Part shown: piece by piece, positions 18,316 to 26,736 of the stretch
Layout: every line of letters begins with the position of its first letter
Position numbering within the stretch: position 1 is the stretch's first letter
Source of the DNA: a virus
Taxonomy: Duplodnaviria > Caudoviricetes
Strand: one strand, 5' to 3'
DNA length: 64,000 nucleotides
IMG/VR virus record: IMGVR_UViG_3300013212_000088
Coordinates: 32,001 to 96,000 of that record
Notes under the pieces: generated by a model
Databases searched by the model: none
Seen by the model: only the letters and a program-made list of their open reading frames with translations
Told to the model about the DNA's origin: nothing
Position numbers and translations under genes: made by a program

Positions 18316-19530
18316 CTAATATAATGTATTTACTTCTTTATTTAGATTTGGCTTTGGTAATAGTTTAGTCAAATACTTTCTGTACAAATCTGTATCTTTA
18401 TCTAATTCTGGTTGAATTAAGTTCATCAATGCTCCCACTCGAAATAAAAGCGGTTTAACTTGTAATTGTATATCTGGGTCATCGTAAATATTTTTTAATG
18501 TTGGTAAATTAAAAAGAAATTCTTCTCTCTGTAATCCATTTTCATCAACAAAGTTTATTCTTGTGTTTAATATTTTAGATAACTGTCTACCATAATCTTT
18601 CAATTGAAGCTTTTGTTTATATTCCATAGGGTTTTGTGGTGGAACTCTCATTCTTTCTTCAATTGTTTTTGGCATCTGAACAATTACTTTCCAGTTTGTA
18701 TCTAATGCAGCTTTTTGTGTTCCACCAATAGCATTTTTTCTGAGCATTGAAGTCATTGCTTTATCGGTCATGGAAGCTTCTAAATTAGAAAATATTTTTA
18801 CATGAACATCTTCAGATTCTTTTGGTGAGAGTGCATTTTGAGATAAAAGATTACCAATTTCTAAAATTAGACTATTTTCACCACTTATTTTTACAAAAGT
18901 ATTTGGTAGTGCAATACCTGTAGCAGGACCTATACCTGATGATGGAAAAAGTAAAAGACGTCCATTAGGAGTTCTCTCAACAAAATTAAATGTGCCAGGA
19001 GAATTTTTATTACCTTGATAATTACCAGAAGCCATTGACGAAGCAATTATTGCTTGAAGATTAGCAATTTGACCCATAAATGGATATTTTTTCTTCACAT
19101 CATCATCAGACAGGTTATTAAAGAGATCCTCTATTTCATCTTGTCTTGCATAATTTGGGAACGTAATTGATAGATTTTGAGTACCTCTCGTAATATCGGT
19201 AGGATCTCTAAATGGCTGCAAATCAACTTGCGCATTTCCAGATATTGACTTAAGAGAATCAACCCACCATTTTAATATCATGGCAGATTCTGTGGCATCT
19301 CTTGTACCGAGAGATGTTGATAAATAACTAGTTAAATCAGATTTACTAGAAAATTGACTTTCATTTGCCATTCCTCTTGTTTGTAACTGCAAGCCTCTAC
19401 CCATTGAGCGTAGAGTATCCAAAATGCCTGCAGTTTTAAAAAGATTGCTTTGGGCTAAATGTTCAATAACTTCTTCATCATCAAAAGCTATAGCAGTGTC
19501 AATAACTGATTTTAAATGCTTGTTATTCAA
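18316..19530 (-). CDS. Hypothetical protein; likely TTG start at 19530
   Basis: GGAGAG SD precedes an in-frame TTG and removes the 32-nt overlap with clpX; N-terminus MNNKHLKSVIDTAIAFDDEEVIEHLAQSNLFKTAG. Confidence 0.6.
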   Translation of the reverse strand: MNNKHLKSVIDTAIAFDDEEVIEHLAQSNLFKTAGILDTLRSMGRGLQLQTRGMANESQFSSKSDLTSYLSTSLGTRDATESAMILKWWVDSLKSISGNAQVDLQPFRDPTDITRGTQNLSITFPNYARQDEIEDLFNNLSDDDVKKKYPFMGQIANLQAIIASSMASGNYQGNKNSPGTFNFVERTPNGRLLLFPSSGIGPATGIALPNTFVKISGENSLILEIGNLLSQNALSPKESEDVHVKIFSNLEASMTDKAMTSMLRKNAIGGTQKAALDTNWKVIVQMPKTIEERMRVPPQNPMEYKQKLQLKDYGRQLSKILNTRINFVDENGLQREEFLFNLPTLKNIYDDPDIQLQVKPLLFRVGALMNLIQPELDKDTDLYRKYLTKLLPKPNLNKEVNTLY

Positions 19531-19561
19531 TTCTCTCTCCAGATTTGTAACTAGTGTAATT

Positions 19562-20956
19562 TTACAAATCTGAACTACAAGTTCCTTTATCAAGCAAATA
19601 TTTTGACGGAGAATCTAGACAACAAGAATCAATAATTACTTTATCATCAGACTCATTGAAATTACCTAATAAGTCAAATGCTGCTTGAGATACTGCTTTT
19701 TTTACCATAGAACCTAAAGCTCTTGTTCCAGTACCCATCTTCATAACTCTTTTGATTGTGTCATCCACAAACTCATTAGTAAAAATTATTTCATAACCTG
19801 ATTCAGCAAAAAGTAAAGCTTGGTTGAGAATTGGTGAGCTTTGCAAATCTAATAAACAAGTTTTTAATTCTTCGTACTTTAATGGAGACAAAGCAACGAT
19901 AGTTTGAATTCTTCCTACCAATTCTGTGCTCAATCCATATTCGATTAAAGATTCAACCATTATTTCATGGGAAGCTTGTTGATATATTTCAAAAGATTTA
20001 ATTTGTTCTTCAAAAACCTCTCCATCATCTTTCTTTAGAGAGACCTTTGGGCCTTTGTAGCCTAATTTTTTACCAACAATTTCATGCAATCCATTAAAAG
20101 CACCGCCAAAACAAAATAGAATTTTGTTTGTGTCAACGGTGTATGGCGGTCCTTCTCTGCCTGTCAAAGATTGAGGAAGCTTTACTGATTTGCCTTCAAT
20201 CAGCTTAAGCATTGAACTTTGAGTAGCTGTGTGTAAAGCTTCAGTTCTAGTTCCTTGTGAATGATATGATGCGAGCTTATCAATTTCATCTATAAAAACT
20301 ACACCTTGCTCAATCAAATCAATATCACCACCAGACTTGGTAAATAGATCATGAATGACTGCATCAACATCAGCGCCTTGGAATCCAGTAGGTGAATAGC
20401 CAGTAGCATCACCGGCAGCAAAAGGAACATTTAATTGTTTTGCAACGGAATTAATGATTAAGGTTTTGCCACTTCCAGAAGGTCCCAAAAGAAGAATATT
20501 ATATTTTTCTGTTGACTTGTCTAATTTAATATTCCTAAGGTGCTCAAAAACGGTAATTGAAATACGTCTTTTAGCTTCCTCTTGGCCTACAACAGTTTTA
20601 GAAAGATTATTAAAAAAATCTCTTGGTGTTAGCCTTTTACTTTGAGCGCTTTCTGCTGGGGAAACTCTTTGAAATTGAAGTTTAGCTCCAGGAACCATTT
20701 CAAAGAGTTTTTCTCTAAGTTCTTCTCCAGTAACATCATCATCCAAATTGAGAATGAACGAGAGCAGGATATTACTTAGCTGAAATTGACCTAGAATATT
20801 ACCAACATGAAATATTCTATAATGTTCGTCGCACAAGACTATTTTTTTGAGTGGCAAATCAAGAATATTAACATCATCTTTGATTTCTTTAAAACCCTTC
20901 TTGCCACACAGAAAACATTTATTGTCCTGCTGAATTAATACACCATTCTTAATCAT
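19562..20956 (-). CDS. clpX: ClpX-like AAA+ unfoldase
   Basis: N-terminal CxxC...CxxH; VVGQEEAK; Walker A GPSGSGKT; Walker B FIDEIDK; FCFGGAF; LGY loop at the IGF position; ELVGRI Arg finger. Confidence 0.92.
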   Translation of the reverse strand: MIKNGVLIQQDNKCFLCGKKGFKEIKDDVNILDLPLKKIVLCDEHYRIFHVGNILGQFQLSNILLSFILNLDDDVTGEELREKLFEMVPGAKLQFQRVSPAESAQSKRLTPRDFFNNLSKTVVGQEEAKRRISITVFEHLRNIKLDKSTEKYNILLLGPSGSGKTLIINSVAKQLNVPFAAGDATGYSPTGFQGADVDAVIHDLFTKSGGDIDLIEQGVVFIDEIDKLASYHSQGTRTEALHTATQSSMLKLIEGKSVKLPQSLTGREGPPYTVDTNKILFCFGGAFNGLHEIVGKKLGYKGPKVSLKKDDGEVFEEQIKSFEIYQQASHEIMVESLIEYGLSTELVGRIQTIVALSPLKYEELKTCLLDLQSSPILNQALLFAESGYEIIFTNEFVDDTIKRVMKMGTGTRALGSMVKKAVSQAAFDLLGNFNESDDKVIIDSCCLDSPSKYLLDKGTCSSDL

Positions 20957-20987
20957 AAAATAGGTTGTCCTTAAGAGGATTATACAC

Positions 20988-21881
20988 CTAACTTATGGCT
21001 TTTTTAATCAAAGAAGCAATGTCTCCTGGATACCAATTGCCACCTTTTTTGTCCATTGAAATAGTGTGAATTTTGTCGAATTCAAACTTTCTTTCAGTGC
21101 CTTTTATAATCATAGCTATCATTTGTTGCATAGAGGGTAGGGTTTCAGGTCTTGTTTTATTTGCAGTCCTAAAATCTCTGAGTAATTTCTGCTTACCCTT
21201 AACCATTGGAATATCTTTTTTACTAATAATTTCATCAGCCAAAGCTTGTTTAAAAAAACTTTCGTCAAATATTGCTCTTAATATATCAATATTAAATCCA
21301 ATTTGATGTGATTCTTTTGTTGTTAATAATGGATCATAATCGATCATTTTAGGATCTTTAAGTAATTGTTCAAGTTTAGGAATGATGGCAACTCTTCTAA
21401 CTTGATTAGCGCCTTTACCAGAACCTGACTCTGATGAATAAGTTAATTCGACAGTGGCAGATCTTGGTCTAGGAGTGTGTGACAATGTTGCTTTTTGGAA
21501 GAATTGCCTTGCTCTTGCTTCATTTGCTTGTACTTGCTCTGGAGTTAAAAATGCAAACTTAGCTAATTTATTACTAGAAATAAAATAATATAATCCTAGT
21601 TTGTTAGGAATAATTAAAGTTTTCATACCAAACTTCATTTCGAAAGGTTTTTTATCAGTATCTGGTCTTGACATATAACCTTCAATCATGTCAGGTAAGG
21701 GAGATCCAATTGATCTTAAATAAGCAATATCTTCTGGATTGCCTAAATCAATTAAATATTTATCATGAGCAAATGATTGCTGAAAATCTTTTGGTACCTC
21801 TTCTTCTAAGATTTCACCAGTTTCTTCGTCAATTTTCATTTGCGCAAATCTGAAACTATTTAAATTAAAACTTTTACCCAT
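20988..21881 (-). CDS. Hypothetical protein (N-terminal FNLNSFRFAQ)
   Basis: GGAG SD 6 nt upstream of ATG 21881 (alternative start 21893). Confidence 0.65.
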   Translation of the reverse strand: MGKSFNLNSFRFAQMKIDEETGEILEEEVPKDFQQSFAHDKYLIDLGNPEDIAYLRSIGSPLPDMIEGYMSRPDTDKKPFEMKFGMKTLIIPNKLGLYYFISSNKLAKFAFLTPEQVQANEARARQFFQKATLSHTPRPRSATVELTYSSESGSGKGANQVRRVAIIPKLEQLLKDPKMIDYDPLLTTKESHQIGFNIDILRAIFDESFFKQALADEIISKKDIPMVKGKQKLLRDFRTANKTRPETLPSMQQMIAMIIKGTERKFEFDKIHTISMDKKGGNWYPGDIASLIKKAIS

Positions 21882-21946
21882 AATATTCTCCATTATACTT
21901 AATATTTATTATAGGTAAGAATTGGTCCTTTATAGGAGGATTAAGC

Positions 21947-21973
21947 ATGTGGATCAAAGTAAATAATATGTAG
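21947..21973 (+). CDS. 8-codon mini-ORF MWIKVNNM with strong SD
   Basis: AGGAGG at 21934-21939, ATG 21947, TAG 21971-21973; further in-frame stops follow, so readthrough is not plausible. Confidence 0.3.
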   Translation: MWIKVNNM

Positions 21974-21993
21974 TTTTAGTTGTGAGGTAAAAT

Positions 21994-22224
21994 ATGGCAC
22001 TACAAGATAACACTCTAAACAGGGGGCTCGGGCAATGGGTAATTACCACCTATAATCCGGGTAAGTGTATTGGACCTATTGAAGGATATTTAACTGTGGG
22101 TAAGGACTTTCATATCATTTATAAGGATGAAAGAAACACAATCTGTCTATTCAATGTTCCATCTCAAAATGTAGCGTTTGCATTGAATCAAAAGTTTGTA
22201 TCAATTGACGTAATCGGTATATAA
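21994..22224 (+). CDS. Small hypothetical protein
   Basis: GAGGT SD; 76 aa. Confidence 0.65.
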   Translation: MALQDNTLNRGLGQWVITTYNPGKCIGPIEGYLTVGKDFHIIYKDERNTICLFNVPSQNVAFALNQKFVSIDVIGI

Positions 22225-22226
22225 TT

Positions 22227-22523
22227 ATGTGGTATAGGTTAAGCAAAAACAACGGATACGATAAAACAAATCCATCTTATGAAAGTAAGATGATTGCTTA
22301 CCTTGCCACAGAAGAATTAAGAGACTTATCGGCAAAACAACTTAATTACAATCCTTCAGCAAGAGAATTAGAAAGTAAGGTGAGGAGACTTTTTAAAGAA
22401 CTCGAAGAAAAGTATGGAAATATTGCCAACGTAAGACTTCAAACAAAAGGGGAACATCTTGGACCGTTTATTAAAAAAATGGTTCATGATTTATTTAGCA
22501 AAAAGAATGCTAGAAAAAATTGA
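22227..22523 (+). CDS. Small hypothetical protein (MWYRLSK)
   Basis: 98 aa, 2 nt after the previous stop. Confidence 0.6.
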   Translation: MWYRLSKNNGYDKTNPSYESKMIAYLATEELRDLSAKQLNYNPSARELESKVRRLFKELEEKYGNIANVRLQTKGEHLGPFIKKMVHDLFSKKNARKN

Positions 22524-23163
22524 GCTTTTATTACAACAAAAACTAAATAATCATTCTAACAGCAATTTCCTCAATCTAGAAATCCTTTTAAGTCTTCATT
22601 CATTTTTGAAAGGCTATGAAAATATACCAAATATATATTTCACAAGACAATCTACCTCAGAAGATTTTGTCAATAAATTATTTTTTGTTTCAGAAAATGA
22701 TTTAATTTTGAAAAATAAATTAAATATAAAGAAATTAAACATTAATCCTTTCGATTTAAAAATCATTCCTATAAATAAAAGAAAACAACTCCTAAACTTA
22801 ATTGAAGACACTATTAGCTTCAGTTACGGTGAAGGAGTTGTTTACTATGACTTGACAAGAGTTACAGCATTTAAAAATGACAATATTATTAATTTTATGT
22901 CAAAGAATAATATTGTTATAGAAATCAATTTACAAAAAGTATTATTCGAAAGAGAATCAAAAAAGAAAATATTTGTTGATAAATATTCTAAATACGAAAA
23001 AAGCTCTAAAAACTTTTCGTGGCAGAGTATTACTGAATTAGCATTACTTGAAAAATTAAATCATTTGTGGCAAGGCTTCTGGGGAACAAGTGAAGTTTAT
23101 AAGTTGTTTTCTGAAGATGAAAAGCTAATTCACTCTCTGATAATTAAAAAAGAATTAACATGA
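22507..23163 (+). CDS. Hypothetical K/N-rich protein
   Basis: Long ORF; likely start MLEK at 22507 (track start 22459). Confidence 0.5.
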   Translation: MLEKIELLLQQKLNNHSNSNFLNLEILLSLHSFLKGYENIPNIYFTRQSTSEDFVNKLFFVSENDLILKNKLNIKKLNINPFDLKIIPINKRKQLLNLIEDTISFSYGEGVVYYDLTRVTAFKNDNIINFMSKNNIVIEINLQKVLFERESKKKIFVDKYSKYEKSSKNFSWQSITELALLEKLNHLWQGFWGTSEVYKLFSEDEKLIHSLIIKKELT

Positions 23164-23738
23164 TCCAATCCTACTTAACATTTATTAGGAAAACTTTGTC
23201 TGAAAAATCTGAATATAATCTTTTGGGTTTAAATGAAATTGAAAACCTTAGCGTACTTTGTGACTTTAATTTAACTTCAGGGCAACCAATTGTATGCTGC
23301 ATCTCAAATAAAAAAATTATTAGTTTATATAAAGTAAGTTCATCAGGTGAAATTAATCAAATATTTGGAATAACTGATCACTTAATGGATATAGAATCAA
23401 TTAAAGATTTATCATCTAAATATGTAAAGAATTATAATGCTATCAAACATTTTATGATATATGGATTTAAATGTATGAGTCCTGATGAAATTATAGAAAA
23501 TTACAAAAAATTATTAATATTAGAAGATAAATGTATTTCTAATTTAATTTCTTCAGAAGTAAACTGGCACACAATAAAGAGAAACTTATCAAAAGAAGTT
23601 AGAAGATCAGATTTAAACATCCATCTAAAATCAAGAATATTATCTTCTTTTAACAAGCTTATGCAATTAAATAAAAACTATCTAAATAAAAAAATTGATA
23701 TAGATTTAGATGGTTATGAAATAAAAATTATTACCTAA
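23160..23738 (+). CDS. Hypothetical K/N-rich protein
   Basis: ATGA overlap; 192 aa. Confidence 0.5.
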   Translation: MIQSYLTFIRKTLSEKSEYNLLGLNEIENLSVLCDFNLTSGQPIVCCISNKKIISLYKVSSSGEINQIFGITDHLMDIESIKDLSSKYVKNYNAIKHFMIYGFKCMSPDEIIENYKKLLILEDKCISNLISSEVNWHTIKRNLSKEVRRSDLNIHLKSRILSSFNKLMQLNKNYLNKKIDIDLDGYEIKIIT

Positions 23739-24160
23739 GTTCCGTATGCCTGTTGATTAGCCTGGTTGAATATTTGCATATTTGCCCTGCACTGCTCGCA
23801 ATGATTTTCACCATTGCCTAATCTCCAAACTTGTCTTCCACCAGGCAATGTAATTATTTCACAGTGACAAAACTCATGTACTGGAGGAGCAATAAATCCT
23901 GAGGGCAAGCTGATTGGTAATGGTGTCTTGTTTTCAACTCCAACGGGTGTATTGACAACCGGATCAATTTGAACTGGAACAGGAGTAAGAACTGGCTCCT
24001 GATTTTCGGGCTCTTCCAAAATAGGTTCGTCTAAATTAGGTTGTTGATTTACTTCAGCATTTTCATCCTCATCATCAGCAAAAAATCTTGTTCTAGATTT
24101 TTTATTGCCCTTGTTGAGAGTGCCAAATAAATTATATTGTAATGCTGTTTTGTACCACAT
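23735..24160 (-). CDS. Putative minor head protein with Cys/His motif (start MWYKTA)
   Basis: PPVHEFCHC and HCEQC motifs; the track start 24208 abuts the divergent gene, so in-frame ATG 24160 is preferred. Confidence 0.5.
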   Translation of the reverse strand: MWYKTALQYNLFGTLNKGNKKSRTRFFADDEDENAEVNQQPNLDEPILEEPENQEPVLTPVPVQIDPVVNTPVGVENKTPLPISLPSGFIAPPVHEFCHCEIITLPGGRQVWRLGNGENHCEQCRANMQIFNQANQQAYGT

Positions 24161-24196
24161 GGTTATTTTATTGAAAAATCTTCTTTTGTTTACCTT

Positions 24197-24202
24197 TATA
24201 AT
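24197..24202 (+). promoter_or_regulatory. -10 box in leaderless geometry for the J-domain gene
   Basis: TATAAT-ATACAT-ATG(24209); no SD. Confidence 0.55.
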
Positions 24203-24208
24203 ATACAT

Positions 24209-25219
24209 ATGAGTGATGTTTTTGATCCCAAGAAAATAATTGATTTTTCTAAAGATTATTATGCAATTTTAAATCTAAACAAAAATGATTTACCTTTTGG
24301 TAGTGATCGTAAAAGTAAAATTGAATTGACAAATAAACTAGATCAATCTTTTAGAAAAATGGCTAGAGTTTGTCATCCTGATTTTGGAGGGTCAAAAGAA
24401 GCTTTTCTAGATATTGTTCGTGCCAGAAGAATCATAGAAGATCCTATTTTAAGAAATATTTATGATCAAGGTGAGTTTACACAAGTTATTCAAAACACTG
24501 AAAGCAATTCAGGTTTTGAAGTTGACTGGACTAAAATTGGAACATATAGAAAAGGCACTACTGAAGATACAGTTGGATATTCACTATTCTTAAGTTTATG
24601 TGAAAGAAAAGCTGAAATTGATTTAATTCCAGCATTTATCCCTGACAGCAACGAACATAATTATGAATGGGATTTTGTTCTTAATAATCATAAACAAAAT
24701 CAAAAAATTATCAAAGTTGTTATATCTATTGTTAATGATGAGACGGAAGTACTTAGACTTACATCTGGAAATGATGTTATAGAAGCATTACCATTTAAAA
24801 TATATGTTTGTATTCCTAAAGTTGGAGTCAGATATATTAGAGACAATTCCAAAATAGTAAGTCCTTTTGGAAACATTCTTAAAAATGGGATTATTAAAAG
24901 TGTTGAGTATAATGACCACCATTTTCTTGAAACAACATCTTTGGATGAAGCTAAAGAATATTTAAAATCTGAACAATTTAAAATAGATTTAGATGATTTT
25001 AGGCTCAATGGCTCTAATCAAACTCATACATCTAAAACTGAAAACACTTGGATGGATAAAGATCAAATGAAAAAGTTCGATGATGAACAATTGAAATTTA
25101 TTTTAGGAATGAAAACATTTGTTACTGAAGCAGATGAATCAGCTGCTGACTTCCTAGAAAAGTTGGGTGAAAAGTCAAATAATTCTAAGGAAAATGACAA
25201 ACCAGAGTTGCCAGTTTAA
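24209..25219 (+). CDS. J-domain protein with unknown C-terminal domain
   Basis: KDYYAIL...FRKMARVCHPDFGGSKEAF...DP..RNIYD: J-domain with HPD; no Zn fingers. Confidence 0.88.
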   Translation: MSDVFDPKKIIDFSKDYYAILNLNKNDLPFGSDRKSKIELTNKLDQSFRKMARVCHPDFGGSKEAFLDIVRARRIIEDPILRNIYDQGEFTQVIQNTESNSGFEVDWTKIGTYRKGTTEDTVGYSLFLSLCERKAEIDLIPAFIPDSNEHNYEWDFVLNNHKQNQKIIKVVISIVNDETEVLRLTSGNDVIEALPFKIYVCIPKVGVRYIRDNSKIVSPFGNILKNGIIKSVEYNDHHFLETTSLDEAKEYLKSEQFKIDLDDFRLNGSNQTHTSKTENTWMDKDQMKKFDDEQLKFILGMKTFVTEADESAADFLEKLGEKSNNSKENDKPELPV

Positions 25220-25295
25220 CAGGTTCTATCAAGCTATTAAGAGAAAAATAAAGCGGATGCAATTTAGCATTCATCAAAAAAATGGAGGATCTACC

Positions 25296-26669
25296 TTGGC
25301 AAAACATCTTTACATTATTGACACATGTGTCCTTTTGCACGATCCTTTTGCAATCTACAAATTCGCTGAGAATGACATCTACATTCCCCTTGCTGTGATT
25401 GATGATCTTGATGACATCAAAACCAGAAAAGACAATGTAGCGTGGAGTGCGAGAGAAGTCTTTAGACAATTAGAAAATTTTACTCTTCAAGATTTATTGA
25501 AGGGTGTCAAGATTAATGAAAACAACGGGAGATTGTTTGTTTATAACACAGAGTCACCTTTACTTAAAAATGAAAGACCAAATATTGTTAAAGTCCACAG
25601 TGACAATGCAATAATTGAATGCTGCTTAGCATTAAAAGCTTCAAATCCAAGAAAAAAAGTATCTATTGTAACAAAAGACACTGGACTTAGAATTAGAGCA
25701 ATTACATGGGGTTGCGAAGCAGAAAACTATCGTTCTGATTTGATTCAAACAGATGGTTTTACTGGTCTAAGATATGTACCTGTAGTAAACCCTGAAGATT
25801 GGACAAAATTGTGGGCAGATTTTGAAGTTGAAATTTCTTCTTTGTCAACTGATATTTCAAGCAAATTAAAAGATGCTTTTCCAAATGAATTTATTATTTT
25901 TGAATATGGCGATAATAAATGTCCAACTTATCACAAAAGAGGCGTTTTACATGTTTTAAAGGATAAGTCAAATGGTAAAAATGATGTCAAGCCTACCTTT
26001 ATGGGTATTACTTCTAAAAACTTAGAGCAAAAGTGTGCTTTAACTGCATTGTCAGATCCAGAATCACAATTGGTAACTTTATGTGGACCAGCTGGTACTG
26101 GAAAGACACTTTTAACACTCGCAGTAGCTTTAGAACAGGTAAATCAAGGAATCTTTGACAAAATTATAGTCATGAAACCTCTCATTCCTGTGGGTGGTAA
26201 AGATATTGGTGCGCTACCTGGTGATAAGTTCGAAAAAATCTCTGCTTGGCTTGGCCCTATGAGAGATAATATTGAACAATTATGTGGATCAAGAACTCTT
26301 TCTGGAAACAGTATGTTTGAAGAAATGGTTCGTGATGGAATTATTGAAGTTGAAGCTATGGCTTTTATTCAAGGTAGATCAATTCCTAAATCCATTGTAA
26401 TTATGGATGAATGCCAAAACATCACACCAAGAGAAGCAAGAATGGTTGTTGAACGCTGTGGTAAGAACTCTAAAATTGTTTTACTTGGAGATCTTTCACA
26501 GGTAGAGAATTCCTATCTTGATGCAAAGTCTAATGGGCTTTCACATGCAATTCAAGGCGGTAAGGGAAGTAATCTAGTTTCAGCAGTCACATTGAGCAAG
26601 GTTGAAAGATCAGAATTGGCTGCTATTGCAAGTCAAATCTTCAACAGACCAGAGGCTCAGAGAAGATAA
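25296..26669 (+). CDS. phoH: PIN-PhoH family protein (PhoH2/YlaK-like); TTG start
   Basis: IIDTCVLLHDP, DNAII, VTKDTGLRIRA (PIN); GPAGTGKT, IQGRS, MDECQN, LLGDLSQ (PhoH ATPase); GGAGG SD before TTG 25296. Confidence 0.93.
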   Translation: MAKHLYIIDTCVLLHDPFAIYKFAENDIYIPLAVIDDLDDIKTRKDNVAWSAREVFRQLENFTLQDLLKGVKINENNGRLFVYNTESPLLKNERPNIVKVHSDNAIIECCLALKASNPRKKVSIVTKDTGLRIRAITWGCEAENYRSDLIQTDGFTGLRYVPVVNPEDWTKLWADFEVEISSLSTDISSKLKDAFPNEFIIFEYGDNKCPTYHKRGVLHVLKDKSNGKNDVKPTFMGITSKNLEQKCALTALSDPESQLVTLCGPAGTGKTLLTLAVALEQVNQGIFDKIIVMKPLIPVGGKDIGALPGDKFEKISAWLGPMRDNIEQLCGSRTLSGNSMFEEMVRDGIIEVEAMAFIQGRSIPKSIVIMDECQNITPREARMVVERCGKNSKIVLLGDLSQVENSYLDAKSNGLSHAIQGGKGSNLVSAVTLSKVERSELAAIASQIFNRPEAQRR

Positions 26670-26736
26670 TACAATTCAGCGCAAAAAATAAAAAAGCTGA
26701 ATGTATAAAAACTAATTATTCGGATAAAAATAAAAA

